Assembly (NCBI GenBank): GCA_963749705.1
Contig: CAVVNQ010000003.1
Span: 448,001 to 512,000, forward strand
Origin: an uncultured Chloroflexia bacterium
GTDB taxonomy: Bacteria; Chloroflexota; Limnocylindria; Limnocylindrales; CSP1-4
Direction of reading: 5' to 3'
DNA: 64,000 nucleotides
Below the pieces are notes generated by a model, which saw only the letters and a list, made by a program, of their open reading frames with translations, was not told the origin of the DNA and made no database searches. Each line of letters begins with the position of its first letter. Position 1 is the stretch's first letter. Position numbers and translations under genes: made by a program. Of the stretch, positions 1 through 8,785 are shown piece by piece.

Positions 1-330
1 GATGGGGAGCAGGCACGATCGATGCTTGAACAGTCGCTACGAGCGGCGGCGGAGCTCGGGATGGCGCCGCTCGCCCGACGGGCGGCGGATGCGCTCGCCC
101 AACTCAAGATGCGTCGAAGTCCCCTCACCGCTCGCGAGCTGGAGGTCGCCGCGCTCGTGGCCGCCGGGCTAACGAACAAGGAGGTGGCGGCCCGATTGCG
201 CCTCTCCGTGCGGACTGCCGAGAATCACCTGCTCAACGTGATGAACAAGCTGGGTCTGAACAACCGTGCCCAGGTGGCGGCCTGGTTCGCCCGAAGTCAA
301 TCGGGGCGGGAGCATCACTCCCAGTCCTGA
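1..330 (+). CDS. C-terminal part of a LuxR-family regulator (5' end outside window)
   Basis: LTARELEVAALVAAGLTNKEVAARLRLSVRTAENHLLNVMNKLG is a LuxR/GerE HTH preceded by TPR-like helices. Confidence 0.85.
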   Translation, partial: DGEQARSMLEQSLRAAAELGMAPLARRAADALAQLKMRRSPLTARELEVAALVAAGLTNKEVAARLRLSVRTAENHLLNVMNKLGLNNRAQVAAWFARSQSGREHHSQS

Positions 331-366
331 GCAATGTTCAGCTGGCGTCCGGGCACCCTCAGCGGG

Positions 367-615
367 TCAGTTCGGCTCCAAGCTCGGCACGAGGAGCCAA
401 CCGCCTGCCCGGCCCGCATAGATCAGCTGCTCCGTGGTCAGCCCTGACCGGGCGCGCAAGTCGGCCAGGTGCCGCTTCACGGTGCTCGGCCGGATGCCCA
501 AGAGCTCGGCGGCGTCGCGAACAGATCCCCCAGCAACGACGAACGCCCCAAGCGCCTCGATTTGACGCCGCGTCGCGTTGGGCGAGAGCGCGCCGCGCAG
601 GTACCCGTCCCTCAT
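367..615 (-). CDS. Small stand-alone LuxR/sigma4-like HTH protein
   Basis: ATRRQIEAL...SVRDAAELLGIRPSTVKRHLADLRARSG; start taken at ATG 615 (uncertain). Confidence 0.6.
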   Translation of the reverse strand: MRDGYLRGALSPNATRRQIEALGAFVVAGGSVRDAAELLGIRPSTVKRHLADLRARSGLTTEQLIYAGRAGGWLLVPSLEPN

Positions 616-896
616 TCCAACCGCCTGGCCGTCGTGAGCCGCCGAGCGGCCCACAGGCGACGGGCATCGGCCCACCGAGACACGGGAACGGCCCACGGTG
701 GGGGCTCGTGCACGTTCCGCCGGGCCAATTGGGCCGATTGGGCCGGATCTGGCGAAAATGGACGTCCGGCCAGCCGCGATCTGGTCGTGTAGCGAGTGCG
801 CCTATCCCCCCAGGGTGATCCTGCCCATCTGGTGGGCGCTTCATGCGACCGCATGAAGCGCCTCGGCGATGTAGTCGGGGACTACGATCCGAGTGG

Positions 897-932
897 TGGG
901 ACCGGGAGGTTCAACTCCTCTCGCCCCGACCA
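897..932 (+). other. 3' fragment of tRNA-Pro (probable att-site remnant)
   Basis: GGAGG-TTCAACT-CCTCT T-arm followed by CGCCCCG-A-CCA, typical of tRNA-Pro 3' ends; no 5' CGGGGCG acceptor strand or D-arm upstream. Confidence 0.7.
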
Positions 933-947
933 ACTCCGAGACACTTC

Positions 948-977
948 AAGCCGGACCATGGCAGTCCGGTTTCTTTT
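948..977 (+). terminator. Rho-independent terminator
   Basis: CCGGAC-catggca-GTCCGG hairpin followed by TTTCTTTT. Confidence 0.7.
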
Positions 978-1007
978 CGCCTCGCGCCGAACGCTGTCGA
1001 GGCCCGG

Positions 1008-1461
1008 TCAGCGCGGCAGCAGTCCGCGGACCAGCAGGTCGGCGATCTCGTCGAGCACTGCTGCGCGGTCCACGACGAGCGCCGGGTCGAGGCGCTCCAG
1101 CATCGGCCACGCCTGGGCGATGGCGGGGATCGCAGCGATCGAGAGCACCGACCAGACCGTGTCGGAGACCTTCCGTGTGACGCCGCGCTCGGCCAGCCCC
1201 GAGAGTGCGCGGAGGGCCGCTTGGCGCTCCGGCGCGATCGCGGCGAGGAGCAGCTCGCGGCGATGCCCGGCACCTGGCGAGGTATCCGACATGACGCCCA
1301 CGACGAGCCCGCCATGTGCGACGAGGGCGTCCATCCGCGAGCGCACGAGCGAGGTCACCTGCTCGACGGCGTCGCCAGAGGTATCGGCCATGGATGCCGC
1401 GAGGTTGCGAGCCTGCACCAGGCTCGGGACGATCACCTCGTCGATGACGGCGGCGAACAGT
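1008..1461 (-). pseudogene. TetR-family C-terminal (ligand-binding) domain lacking the N-terminal HTH
   Basis: Starts at LFAAVIDEV (the helix that follows the TetR HTH) and ends DEIADLLVRGL, a typical TetR C-terminus; no room for an HTH before the upstream gene's stop. Confidence 0.55.
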
Positions 1462-1464
1462 GGC

Positions 1465-2409
1465 TCACCGCCCGAGGAACTCCGCGACCGAGGCTGCACA
1501 GCGATCGAGCTCGTCCAGCCACGGTGCATGCCCGGCGCCTGGCAGCACCTCGAGTTCGGCGCCTGGGATCCGCGCGACGACGGCACGGGCGATCTCCGGC
1601 CCACCGAGCGGGTCGCGCCCACCCCAGATGAATCGTGTCGGTGTGCGAACCAATTCGAGAAGCGCGGCTGGCAGCAGCCGCGGGTCGAAGCCCCGCAGGG
1701 GTGACACCGAGGAACGTGCGAGGACCAGCTCGTTCCGCAGGGTGTCGGTATGACGCAGCAGGGCCAGGTAGGCATCGATGTCGGACTGCGCGATGCGTCC
1801 AGCGTCGAGACTCGGCCCGTGACCGACGGTCCGGAAGATCGAGCGCACGGTGCCCTCCGTGGCCGGCATCGCCGAGGCGAGCCGCGCCACGCCGGGGATC
1901 GCCATGAGCCGCATCGACTTCGGGACAGCTTTCGTTGGCGCTCCCACCGGCCAGCTGAACTGGACCATCCGAAGCAGCCGGTCGGGATGGGCTGCGGCAC
2001 TGCGCAGGCCCATGAAGCCGCCGAGTGAGGTCGCGACGACGTGGGCGCGCTCGATCTCGGCCGCATCGAGGATCTCGGCGACTATTTCGTCCCCGAGTGC
2101 CATGAGCTCCAGAGTCGTCGGCCTCGTCGGGAACGCCTCGCTCAGCCCGGTGCCCGGCCGGTCGAGGAGCAGGCACCGGAAGCCCGGCAGTCTGGCGGCA
2201 AGCGCTGCCCAGCTGGCGCCGCTCGTGTTGGCGCCGTGGATGAACAGGACGGGCGGGCCGGCGCCGACTTCCTGCACACGGACCCGTAAGCCAATCCGAG
2301 GCAGGTCGAGAAGCCGCTCCTGCACCGACACGCCAAGGGACGCCCACAGAGCCAGCTCAGCCGCCCGATAGCGCGCCTCGTCCACCAGGTCGATCCCAAA
2401 TGGCGGCAT
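1465..2409 (-). CDS. Alpha/beta fold hydrolase
   Basis: VLFIHG, DRPGTGLS, nucleophile elbow ATSLGG, WGGRD, GAGHAPW. Confidence 0.9.
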   Translation of the reverse strand: MPPFGIDLVDEARYRAAELALWASLGVSVQERLLDLPRIGLRVRVQEVGAGPPVLFIHGANTSGASWAALAARLPGFRCLLLDRPGTGLSEAFPTRPTTLELMALGDEIVAEILDAAEIERAHVVATSLGGFMGLRSAAAHPDRLLRMVQFSWPVGAPTKAVPKSMRLMAIPGVARLASAMPATEGTVRSIFRTVGHGPSLDAGRIAQSDIDAYLALLRHTDTLRNELVLARSSVSPLRGFDPRLLPAALLELVRTPTRFIWGGRDPLGGPEIARAVVARIPGAELEVLPGAGHAPWLDELDRCAASVAEFLGR

Positions 2410-2697
2410 CCGACGTCTCGACCATACGCGGAGTCGTCAATAGCGGCACGCCAGGATGGCAACTGCTCCTCTGCCTGGGCATCACGTTCCGGCTCTGGCC
2501 ACCGCGGGGCGAGGATCCACACGACCTGCCCGGTCGTCGCCGCCCCGACCTTGGACCGCGCGTTCGCCAGATGATGCTTCCGGCTCATCGCCGTGCGGTG
2601 TGGCGTGGTCGCCTGGCGATGCCCCTCGCCCCGACATCGACGGCAGGGGCTGGCAGGCGGACGGAGGCAATCCGTGACCAGTGCCTCTGGCGGGGGG

Positions 2698-2706
2698 TGG
2701 TATAAC
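2698..2706 (+). promoter_or_regulatory. Extended -10 promoter element
   Basis: TGgTATAAC in a GC-rich intergenic region. Confidence 0.4.
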
Positions 2707-3094
2707 GCAAGAGACTCCGCACCCTACGGGAGGCTCTGGCGCGGCCCGAACCCTGGCCGGTGGAGCCCCGCCGAGCCACGGGGAGGGACAAATGACGGGC
2801 TCCATGTCATCCGGGTCAGTCAAAGTCCAGCCATGACGGCAGGCACGCCCCCCACGTCGCGGGTCGCGGCGTTAGCCAGTAGATGGCGGTCGATCTGCCG
2901 GCGCGCCTGGGCCGCCGCGATCCGCGTCCTCTGGGACGACACGGGCGGCATCGACGACACCAGGCTTCCCTCGGGTTTCGCCGCGCCGCATCAGCGGGGA
3001 AGTCGCATGGTTCGCAACCTCTGGCACCTGCCTTTCTGACCCAGCGGAGCGCTGCCGAGATCGACCGCATCGTGGAGCATTGCTCCGATGATGC

Positions 3095-3271
3095 TCACCC
3101 GCGCTTGGGAGATGTCCCGGCCGGGCCGACGGACGGCCACCTTGCGCTGAGCATCCCCTCCGGGCTGGGCGCGGCCAGCGCTGCGCGGAAGCCGAAGAAT
3201 CCCCCGAACGACGTGGTCACGAGGTCAGCCGAGTCGAGGCCGGCGATGGCGAGCGGGCTGAGCAGCCTCAT
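3095..3271 (-). pseudogene. Alpha/beta hydrolase remnant
   Basis: GLDSADLVTTSFGGFFGFRAALAAP parallels IERAHVVATSLGGFMGLRSAAAHP of the 1465-2409 hydrolase. Confidence 0.45.
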
Positions 3272-3410
3272 GGCACGGCTCGTGAACTCGCCCTCGGTGC
3301 AGCTCGAAGGGCCCTGAGACGGCACCAAGAGCGGCCGCGCCGTGCGGCGGCGGCCACGACCGCGCGACGGCCGCCGAGTTCGATCGCGGGCGGAGCCGAG
3401 TGACCGGGTG

Positions 3411-6314
3411 CTACCGGTACCCCGCGCGCCTCGCAGTTCCCCGGTCGGCGCCCTGGCCCGGGGCGACCGAGGTCGCCCATGCCGCGATCTCCGCCCGACG
3501 CGAGACGCCGAGCTTGGCCAGGATGTGCTCGACGTGCGCGCCAGCCGTCCTCGGTGAGATCGACAGGTCGCCGGCGAGCTCCGCGTTCGTGAGACCATCG
3601 GCGATCTTGCGTGCGACCTCGAACTCGCGGGTGGTCAGTGGGTGCCATGGCTCCTGCTCGGCGCCGCGACCCTTGGCCGTGCGAGCGAACTGATCCGCGC
3701 GCGCGAGCAGCGGCGCCGCGCCGATCGGCTCGGCGGCAGCGCGGACCTCATTCGCGAGGTTCATCGCGTCCACGAAGCGCGACGATCGAAGGTGCGCTGC
3801 GGCCAGGTCGAGACGGGCCCACAGCGCCTCCCAGGTCCGACCTCGCACCTCCCAGCCCGCGATGGCTGCCTCGAGCGCGGCGCGTGCCGCCACCGTCGAC
3901 CCTTCCGAGAGGCGGACCAGCCCCGTTGCATGCTGGATCGCGGGTCGGACGACATCGGCGATGGGCTCGGTGAGGCGCACGAGCTGGTCGAGGTAGCGCA
4001 CCGCGGCGTCCGGCGCGCCGGCCGCCTGGTGGGCCCGCACGGCGGTCACCGCGAAGGGGGCGATCAGTGTCCGCTCGCCCCGCTCCTGCGCAGCCCGGAG
4101 CGCCTCGTCGCATCGCGCTGCCGCACCCGCCGGATCGCCGGCATGCAGCGCAGCCTCGGCAAGGCCCCACAGCGCCGGGAGCACCAGGTCGAGGCGCTCC
4201 GAGCGACGGCCGTACTCGAGGGCGGGCAACAGGTGCTCCTCGGCCTCGCGACGCCGACCTCGTCCGGCCTCGACGTACCCGAGCGCCCACCGCGCCATGT
4301 TCCTGGACGCGCCCGCGCCGGCATCGCTCAGCGCGTGGCCGCCCTGTCGAAGCGCTTCATCCCAGCTGCCTTCCGACCACAGCACGAGGGCGTCGCAGGA
4401 GCCGAGGCTGTGCCCGCAATACGTCTGTTCGACCGACTCCGCGTACCTGAGGCCCTCCGCGATCGCGACGCGCGCCTCCCGGTAGTCCATGGCGCGCATC
4501 GCGAACAGGGCGACTTCCTTGTACAGGCTGATGCTGCTGTCTTCATCACCGGCCGAGCGTGCCGCGTCCGCGGCCGCGCGAATGGTCGCGAGGCCCTCGG
4601 CCACGTTCCCGTCGATCACGTCGAGCCTCGCGCGCACGGTGGTGATCCACCTGGGCGGCTCTCGGGTCGGGCCCGTCGCCAGCTCGGCCGCTTCGGCCAG
4701 CACCGCCCGGGCATCCGTGATGCGACTGGCGTCCAATTCGACATAGGCGAGCTGATACAGCCCGTTGGGTCGGAATGTGTCCTGCACCTCGCCCGGCGGG
4801 GAAGCCTCGATCTCGTTGAGGAAGCTGCGCGCGCGGTCTCGGCGGGCTGTGACGCTCACGCCTTCGCGGCGGGCGTATTCGAGGAGGCTGAACGATGCTT
4901 CGAGGGCTACATGCGAGTTCCCGGCGCGCCGTGCAAGCTCGCCCGCGCGCATCGACAGGTCCGCAGCATTCGCATTCGAATCGATGTTGCCGTTCGCATC
5001 GCCCAGGAGCAGGAGGATCCGGGCACGCTCGGAGTCGGCCAGCGACGCGGGCATGTTGTCGACCGCGCGCCGGAGGAGGATGAATGCCTCCCTGTGCGAC
5101 GCGAGCCGCATCGCGTGCTCCCCGGCCGCGAGGGCCGTCTGGAACGCCTCTGCGGTCATCCCGGCCCGCTCGAAATGCATCGACGCATGGGTTGTCGTCG
5201 ACCCTTCGAGCTGGCCCCCGAACTCCGCCGCCCGGGCGTGGAACCGACGGCGATCACCCGCCGGCACGGTGCGATACAGCGCGTCGCGAAGCAGCTGGTG
5301 CCGGAAGTTGAGTTGGCTGCCGCTGTGGAGCTTGTCGAGGACGTCGTGGTCGAGAAGCTCCTGGATCGGGGCATCGAGCTCTTCGACGGGCCGGTTCATG
5401 ACGCCCGCCAGCACCGACGGGACGAACGACCGGCCGATGACGGCGCCCGCGCGGGCGACAGCCTGAGCATTGGGGGAGAGCTGCGCGATGTGAGCGAGCG
5501 TCGCGTCCTCGAGCGTCTCGGGAACCGCCGCTTCGTGGACGGCGACGCTGTCGGCGAGCCGATCGCGGCCAAGGGCGCTGCACAGCTCCTCGATGTGGAG
5601 CGGCACGCCGTCGGTGCGCGCGTAGACGACATCGACCACGTCTCGCGGCGCCGGCAGCCCGTTGCCGAGGATGTGCGTGACGACCTCGGCGGTCTCCTCT
5701 CGGGTGAGCCGGTCGAGGCGCACCTCCTCGGCAAGTCGCTGGGTAACCAGCCGGGAGCGCCACTCGCGAAGCACCGATCCCTGCAGGGCCTCGCTCGTCC
5801 GATAGGCGGCGATGATCAGCAGGGGCAGCTCTCGGGTCTGGCGGGCCAGCTCGGCGAGCGCTTCCAGGCTCAGGTCATCCGCCCACTGAAGGTCCTCGAA
5901 GACGAGTGCCGTCGGCCGTTCAGGGCTTCCGACGAGGTCGATGAGCTCCATCACGAAGTCGCGACGGCGCGGGGTTCGCTCGTTCAACCGCGAAGCGGCA
6001 ACCTCGAGCAGGTCCCGCCCGATCGTTCCGAACGCAGCGTCGCGACGCATCGCCCTGCCCAGGTCCAGGAACGAGGCGGCGAGGACATCACGGTCCTGGG
6101 GTGCAACCTCGGCCTTCGCGACGCGGAAGCCATCCTCGACCGTCATCCGGACGATCTCGGCGAGGAGCCGCGACTTGCCGATCCCGGCCTCGCCGGACAG
6201 GAGCAGCAGCTGGCCGTGGCCGCCGCGGACCTCAGCGATGCGTCGCCGCGCGAGCGCCAGGTGCTCATCGCGCGCCACGATGACCGGCGACAGGAGCGCT
6301 CCGACGTGCGGCAT
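3411..6314 (-). CDS. STAND (AAA_16) ATPase-TPR-LuxR HTH transcriptional regulator (MalT/LAL-like)
   Basis: Walker A GEAGIGKS, Walker B FEDLQWAD, TDGVPL, FRHQLLRD, C-terminal LTTREFEVARKIADGLTNAELA; start at ATG 6314 placed 6 nt after TACACT. Confidence 0.9.
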   Translation of the reverse strand: MPHVGALLSPVIVARDEHLALARRRIAEVRGGHGQLLLLSGEAGIGKSRLLAEIVRMTVEDGFRVAKAEVAPQDRDVLAASFLDLGRAMRRDAAFGTIGRDLLEVAASRLNERTPRRRDFVMELIDLVGSPERPTALVFEDLQWADDLSLEALAELARQTRELPLLIIAAYRTSEALQGSVLREWRSRLVTQRLAEEVRLDRLTREETAEVVTHILGNGLPAPRDVVDVVYARTDGVPLHIEELCSALGRDRLADSVAVHEAAVPETLEDATLAHIAQLSPNAQAVARAGAVIGRSFVPSVLAGVMNRPVEELDAPIQELLDHDVLDKLHSGSQLNFRHQLLRDALYRTVPAGDRRRFHARAAEFGGQLEGSTTTHASMHFERAGMTAEAFQTALAAGEHAMRLASHREAFILLRRAVDNMPASLADSERARILLLLGDANGNIDSNANAADLSMRAGELARRAGNSHVALEASFSLLEYARREGVSVTARRDRARSFLNEIEASPPGEVQDTFRPNGLYQLAYVELDASRITDARAVLAEAAELATGPTREPPRWITTVRARLDVIDGNVAEGLATIRAAADAARSAGDEDSSISLYKEVALFAMRAMDYREARVAIAEGLRYAESVEQTYCGHSLGSCDALVLWSEGSWDEALRQGGHALSDAGAGASRNMARWALGYVEAGRGRRREAEEHLLPALEYGRRSERLDLVLPALWGLAEAALHAGDPAGAAARCDEALRAAQERGERTLIAPFAVTAVRAHQAAGAPDAAVRYLDQLVRLTEPIADVVRPAIQHATGLVRLSEGSTVAARAALEAAIAGWEVRGRTWEALWARLDLAAAHLRSSRFVDAMNLANEVRAAAEPIGAAPLLARADQFARTAKGRGAEQEPWHPLTTREFEVARKIADGLTNAELAGDLSISPRTAGAHVEHILAKLGVSRRAEIAAWATSVAPGQGADRGTARRAGYR

Positions 6315-6413
6315 CGGTGGAGTGTAGGTATGGCCGATGCATTCCGCCATCCGTCGAATGACCGACGACCTCCCGGCGGTGACGTTCGTTCGGCGTCCGT
6401 ACCCAGGCTGGTG

Positions 6414-7232
6414 TCAGGATCGGCCCACGCCGATCACAACCTCGGTCGGGAACGATGCCACGCCATCGCGGGACCTCGTGGCGGCCAGCCGGACGAACGC
6501 CTCGCCCGCCGCGCGTCGCGTCCGCGCGTCGAGTCCTTCGAACATGTACGCGACGGGCGGTGCATCCATGGCCCAGCGCCGGAAGAAGTCCACCACGTCG
6601 CCGATCACCCAGTCGATCGTCGCGACCTCGACGCGCACGTCCTCGAACCCGGCCTGCGCGAGGGCGTCCGTCATCCCGGCGACCGTCGTGAACCGGGCGG
6701 CCGACGGGGGCTCCGGCGGCACGAAGCCCGGGAGCGCTTCGACCACCGCCCGGACGATCAGGGTCAGCAGCTCGGAGCGCGCGGGCTCGTGCATCGTCGT
6801 GACCACGGCCTGTGCGCCGGGTCGGAGCACCCGGCGCATCTCGCGCAGGCCGCGAGCCGAGTCGGGGAAGTGCACCACGCCGAAGCTGGAGGCAGCGGCG
6901 TCGAAGGTCCCGTCCGCGAAGTCGAGCGCCTGCCCATCCATCACGTGTGCCTCGACGCCCTCGATTCCCTCATCGGCCGCGGTCGCCAGCAGCCGGTCGA
7001 GCATCGGTGACGCGAGGTCTACCGCCGCCACCCGCGCCCCACGCCGAGCGGCGAGAAGGCTCACCGCGCCCGGTCCGGCGGCCACATCGAGCCACCGCTG
7101 ACCGGCGCGCGGCTCAACGGCGGTCAGAGCCGCCGCCGCGACGCGACGGCTGAACGGCGCGAACAGCGCCTCGTAGGCGTCGACGCGATCCGCCCAGACG
7201 TCAGGGTTCTTGTGAGGTGCCGGTGACGTCAT
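6414..7232 (-). CDS. Class I SAM-dependent methyltransferase
   Basis: WLDVAAGPG motif I, DGTFD, MRRVLRPG; RBS GAGGAGG before ATG 7232. Confidence 0.9.
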   Translation of the reverse strand: MTSPAPHKNPDVWADRVDAYEALFAPFSRRVAAAALTAVEPRAGQRWLDVAAGPGAVSLLAARRGARVAAVDLASPMLDRLLATAADEGIEGVEAHVMDGQALDFADGTFDAAASSFGVVHFPDSARGLREMRRVLRPGAQAVVTTMHEPARSELLTLIVRAVVEALPGFVPPEPPSAARFTTVAGMTDALAQAGFEDVRVEVATIDWVIGDVVDFFRRWAMDAPPVAYMFEGLDARTRRAAGEAFVRLAATRSRDGVASFPTEVVIGVGRS

Positions 7233-7385
7233 GGGGTGGCCTCCTCGGGGTGCCCGTCCGCAGGGGTTCACGACGCATCGTGGCCGATTCCGAGGGCGCG
7301 CGGCATCGCACGGTCCGGTGATCTTCGGGCGGGACGCATCACAGCTTGCTGGCATGGATCGGCCGGTGAACGCGAGCGCGGACGC

Positions 7386-8417
7386 CTAGCGCGAGGAGCG
7401 CTGCTCGTTCGCGAAGCGGATCGCCTGGACGCGATTCACCGCGCCCGTCTTCGTGTAGATGTGCGTCAGGTGCCGGGTGACCGTGTGCACGCTGATCGAC
7501 AGGCGCTGCGCGATCTCCGCGTTCGTCACGCCCGTCGCGACAAGTGCCAGCACCTCGCGCTCGCGCGCCGTGAGCGCGCCACCCGGTGGGGTCGCCGGCG
7601 CGACGGACGAGTCGCCCAGGAACGAACGAACGGCAGCGATCGCGTCGTGGCCCGGCATCCCCCCGTCGCCCCGCACGGCCGCGAGTCGTGCGTCGGGGAT
7701 GGCGGCTGCAATCTCCCGATTCCGCGCTTCGCTCACGAGTGCGTTCTGCTCATCAAAGAGCACGAGGGTCGGGACCCGGACCCGCGCGAGCAGCGGCGAG
7801 ATGTCCCACGACCGGCGTGCCTCGAGGTAGGCCAGGAAGGTCGACTGCGTGGTTGCGCCCCGCAGCACCACCGCCCATTGACGCGCCACCTCGCCACCCT
7901 CCCAACCGAGGGCCGCCTGGGAGATCGACTCCGTGAACAGCTCCCAGTCGGTCGCGGCCATCTTGAACAGCGAGCGCAGGCGCGGGGACTGGCCGTGCTC
8001 CGTGTCCCGCGCGAACGTGTTCCACAGGACGAGGTGCGTGACGCGTTCGGGATGCGCGGCGGCGTACGCGAGCGCCGGCAGTCCGCCGGTGATGCGCCCG
8101 CACAGCGCGAACCGCTCGAGGTTGAGCGCGTCCGCGACGATATCGATGTCCTGGGCGAGCGCTTCGATCGCGAAGTCGTGGCGCGTGTGCGAGCCTCCGG
8201 ACAGCCCGCTTCCGCGGTGGTCGTACCGGATCACTGTCCGGGTCCGCGCGATCCCGTCATACCAGCGACGCACGGCGTCGATGGGCCACTCCAGGCGGAG
8301 GTGACTCATCGCAACGTGCGGCACCTCCACGAACGCGGGCCCGGTGCCGCGCCGCCAGTACGCGATGTCGACGCCGTGGCCGGCGCGCGCATAGCGGATC
8401 GGCGGGGCGACGTTCAT
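7386..8417 (-). CDS. Alpha/beta hydrolase-like sensor fused to LuxR HTH
   Basis: YDHRGSGLS, AAAHPERVTHLVL; C-terminal LTAREREVLALVATGVTNAEIAQRLSISVHTVTRHLTHIY. Confidence 0.9.
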   Translation of the reverse strand: MNVAPPIRYARAGHGVDIAYWRRGTGPAFVEVPHVAMSHLRLEWPIDAVRRWYDGIARTRTVIRYDHRGSGLSGGSHTRHDFAIEALAQDIDIVADALNLERFALCGRITGGLPALAYAAAHPERVTHLVLWNTFARDTEHGQSPRLRSLFKMAATDWELFTESISQAALGWEGGEVARQWAVVLRGATTQSTFLAYLEARRSWDISPLLARVRVPTLVLFDEQNALVSEARNREIAAAIPDARLAAVRGDGGMPGHDAIAAVRSFLGDSSVAPATPPGGALTAREREVLALVATGVTNAEIAQRLSISVHTVTRHLTHIYTKTGAVNRVQAIRFANEQRSSR

Positions 8418-8785
8418 CTCGGCCCCCGGTGGTCCACTAGCGCAAGGGCTTGCGCGCCGACCCGGATGTCGACGTTGGCCGCGGAACGAACGGTCGCGCG
8501 AAATGTGACCTGGGCTGCAGGCAACATGACCCTGGCAGGATACCCGCGGCCATGACGTGCTCGCGGCGCCGGGCGCGCCCGAACTGGCCGCTCAGGCCCG
8601 AACCCACGAGAGCGGTCGTTGCCGTCCGGCGCCGTCTCCGCGAAGCCCACGGGCTGGCCCACGATCGGCGCTGCAGGATCCCCGCGCGACGTTCCGAATG
8701 CGAAGGGCATATGGGTTGATTGACCGATGTTGGTTGGATCCGCATCCATGACCCTTTGGCCACCGAGCAAGAACCGAAGGAGCCG

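Noticed and set aside
722-748. Tandem 9-mer GGGCC(A/G)ATT
   Set aside because: Only 2-3 degenerate copies; no assignable function
856-932. Intact tRNA-Pro gene
   Set aside because: No 5' acceptor strand, D-arm or complete anticodon stem; only the 3' part is present
3642-7010. Very long antisense or alternative-frame ORFs (also 22085-24517, 33021-36488, 36912-39587, 56127-58259)
   Set aside because: Shadow ORFs expected in high-GC DNA; they overlap motif-bearing genes and have Arg/Pro/Gly-rich, motif-free translations
8420-8785. Riboswitch upstream of the collagen-like gene
   Set aside because: No recognisable c-di-GMP, c-di-AMP, SAM, TPP or cobalamin consensus; an Rfam scan would be needed
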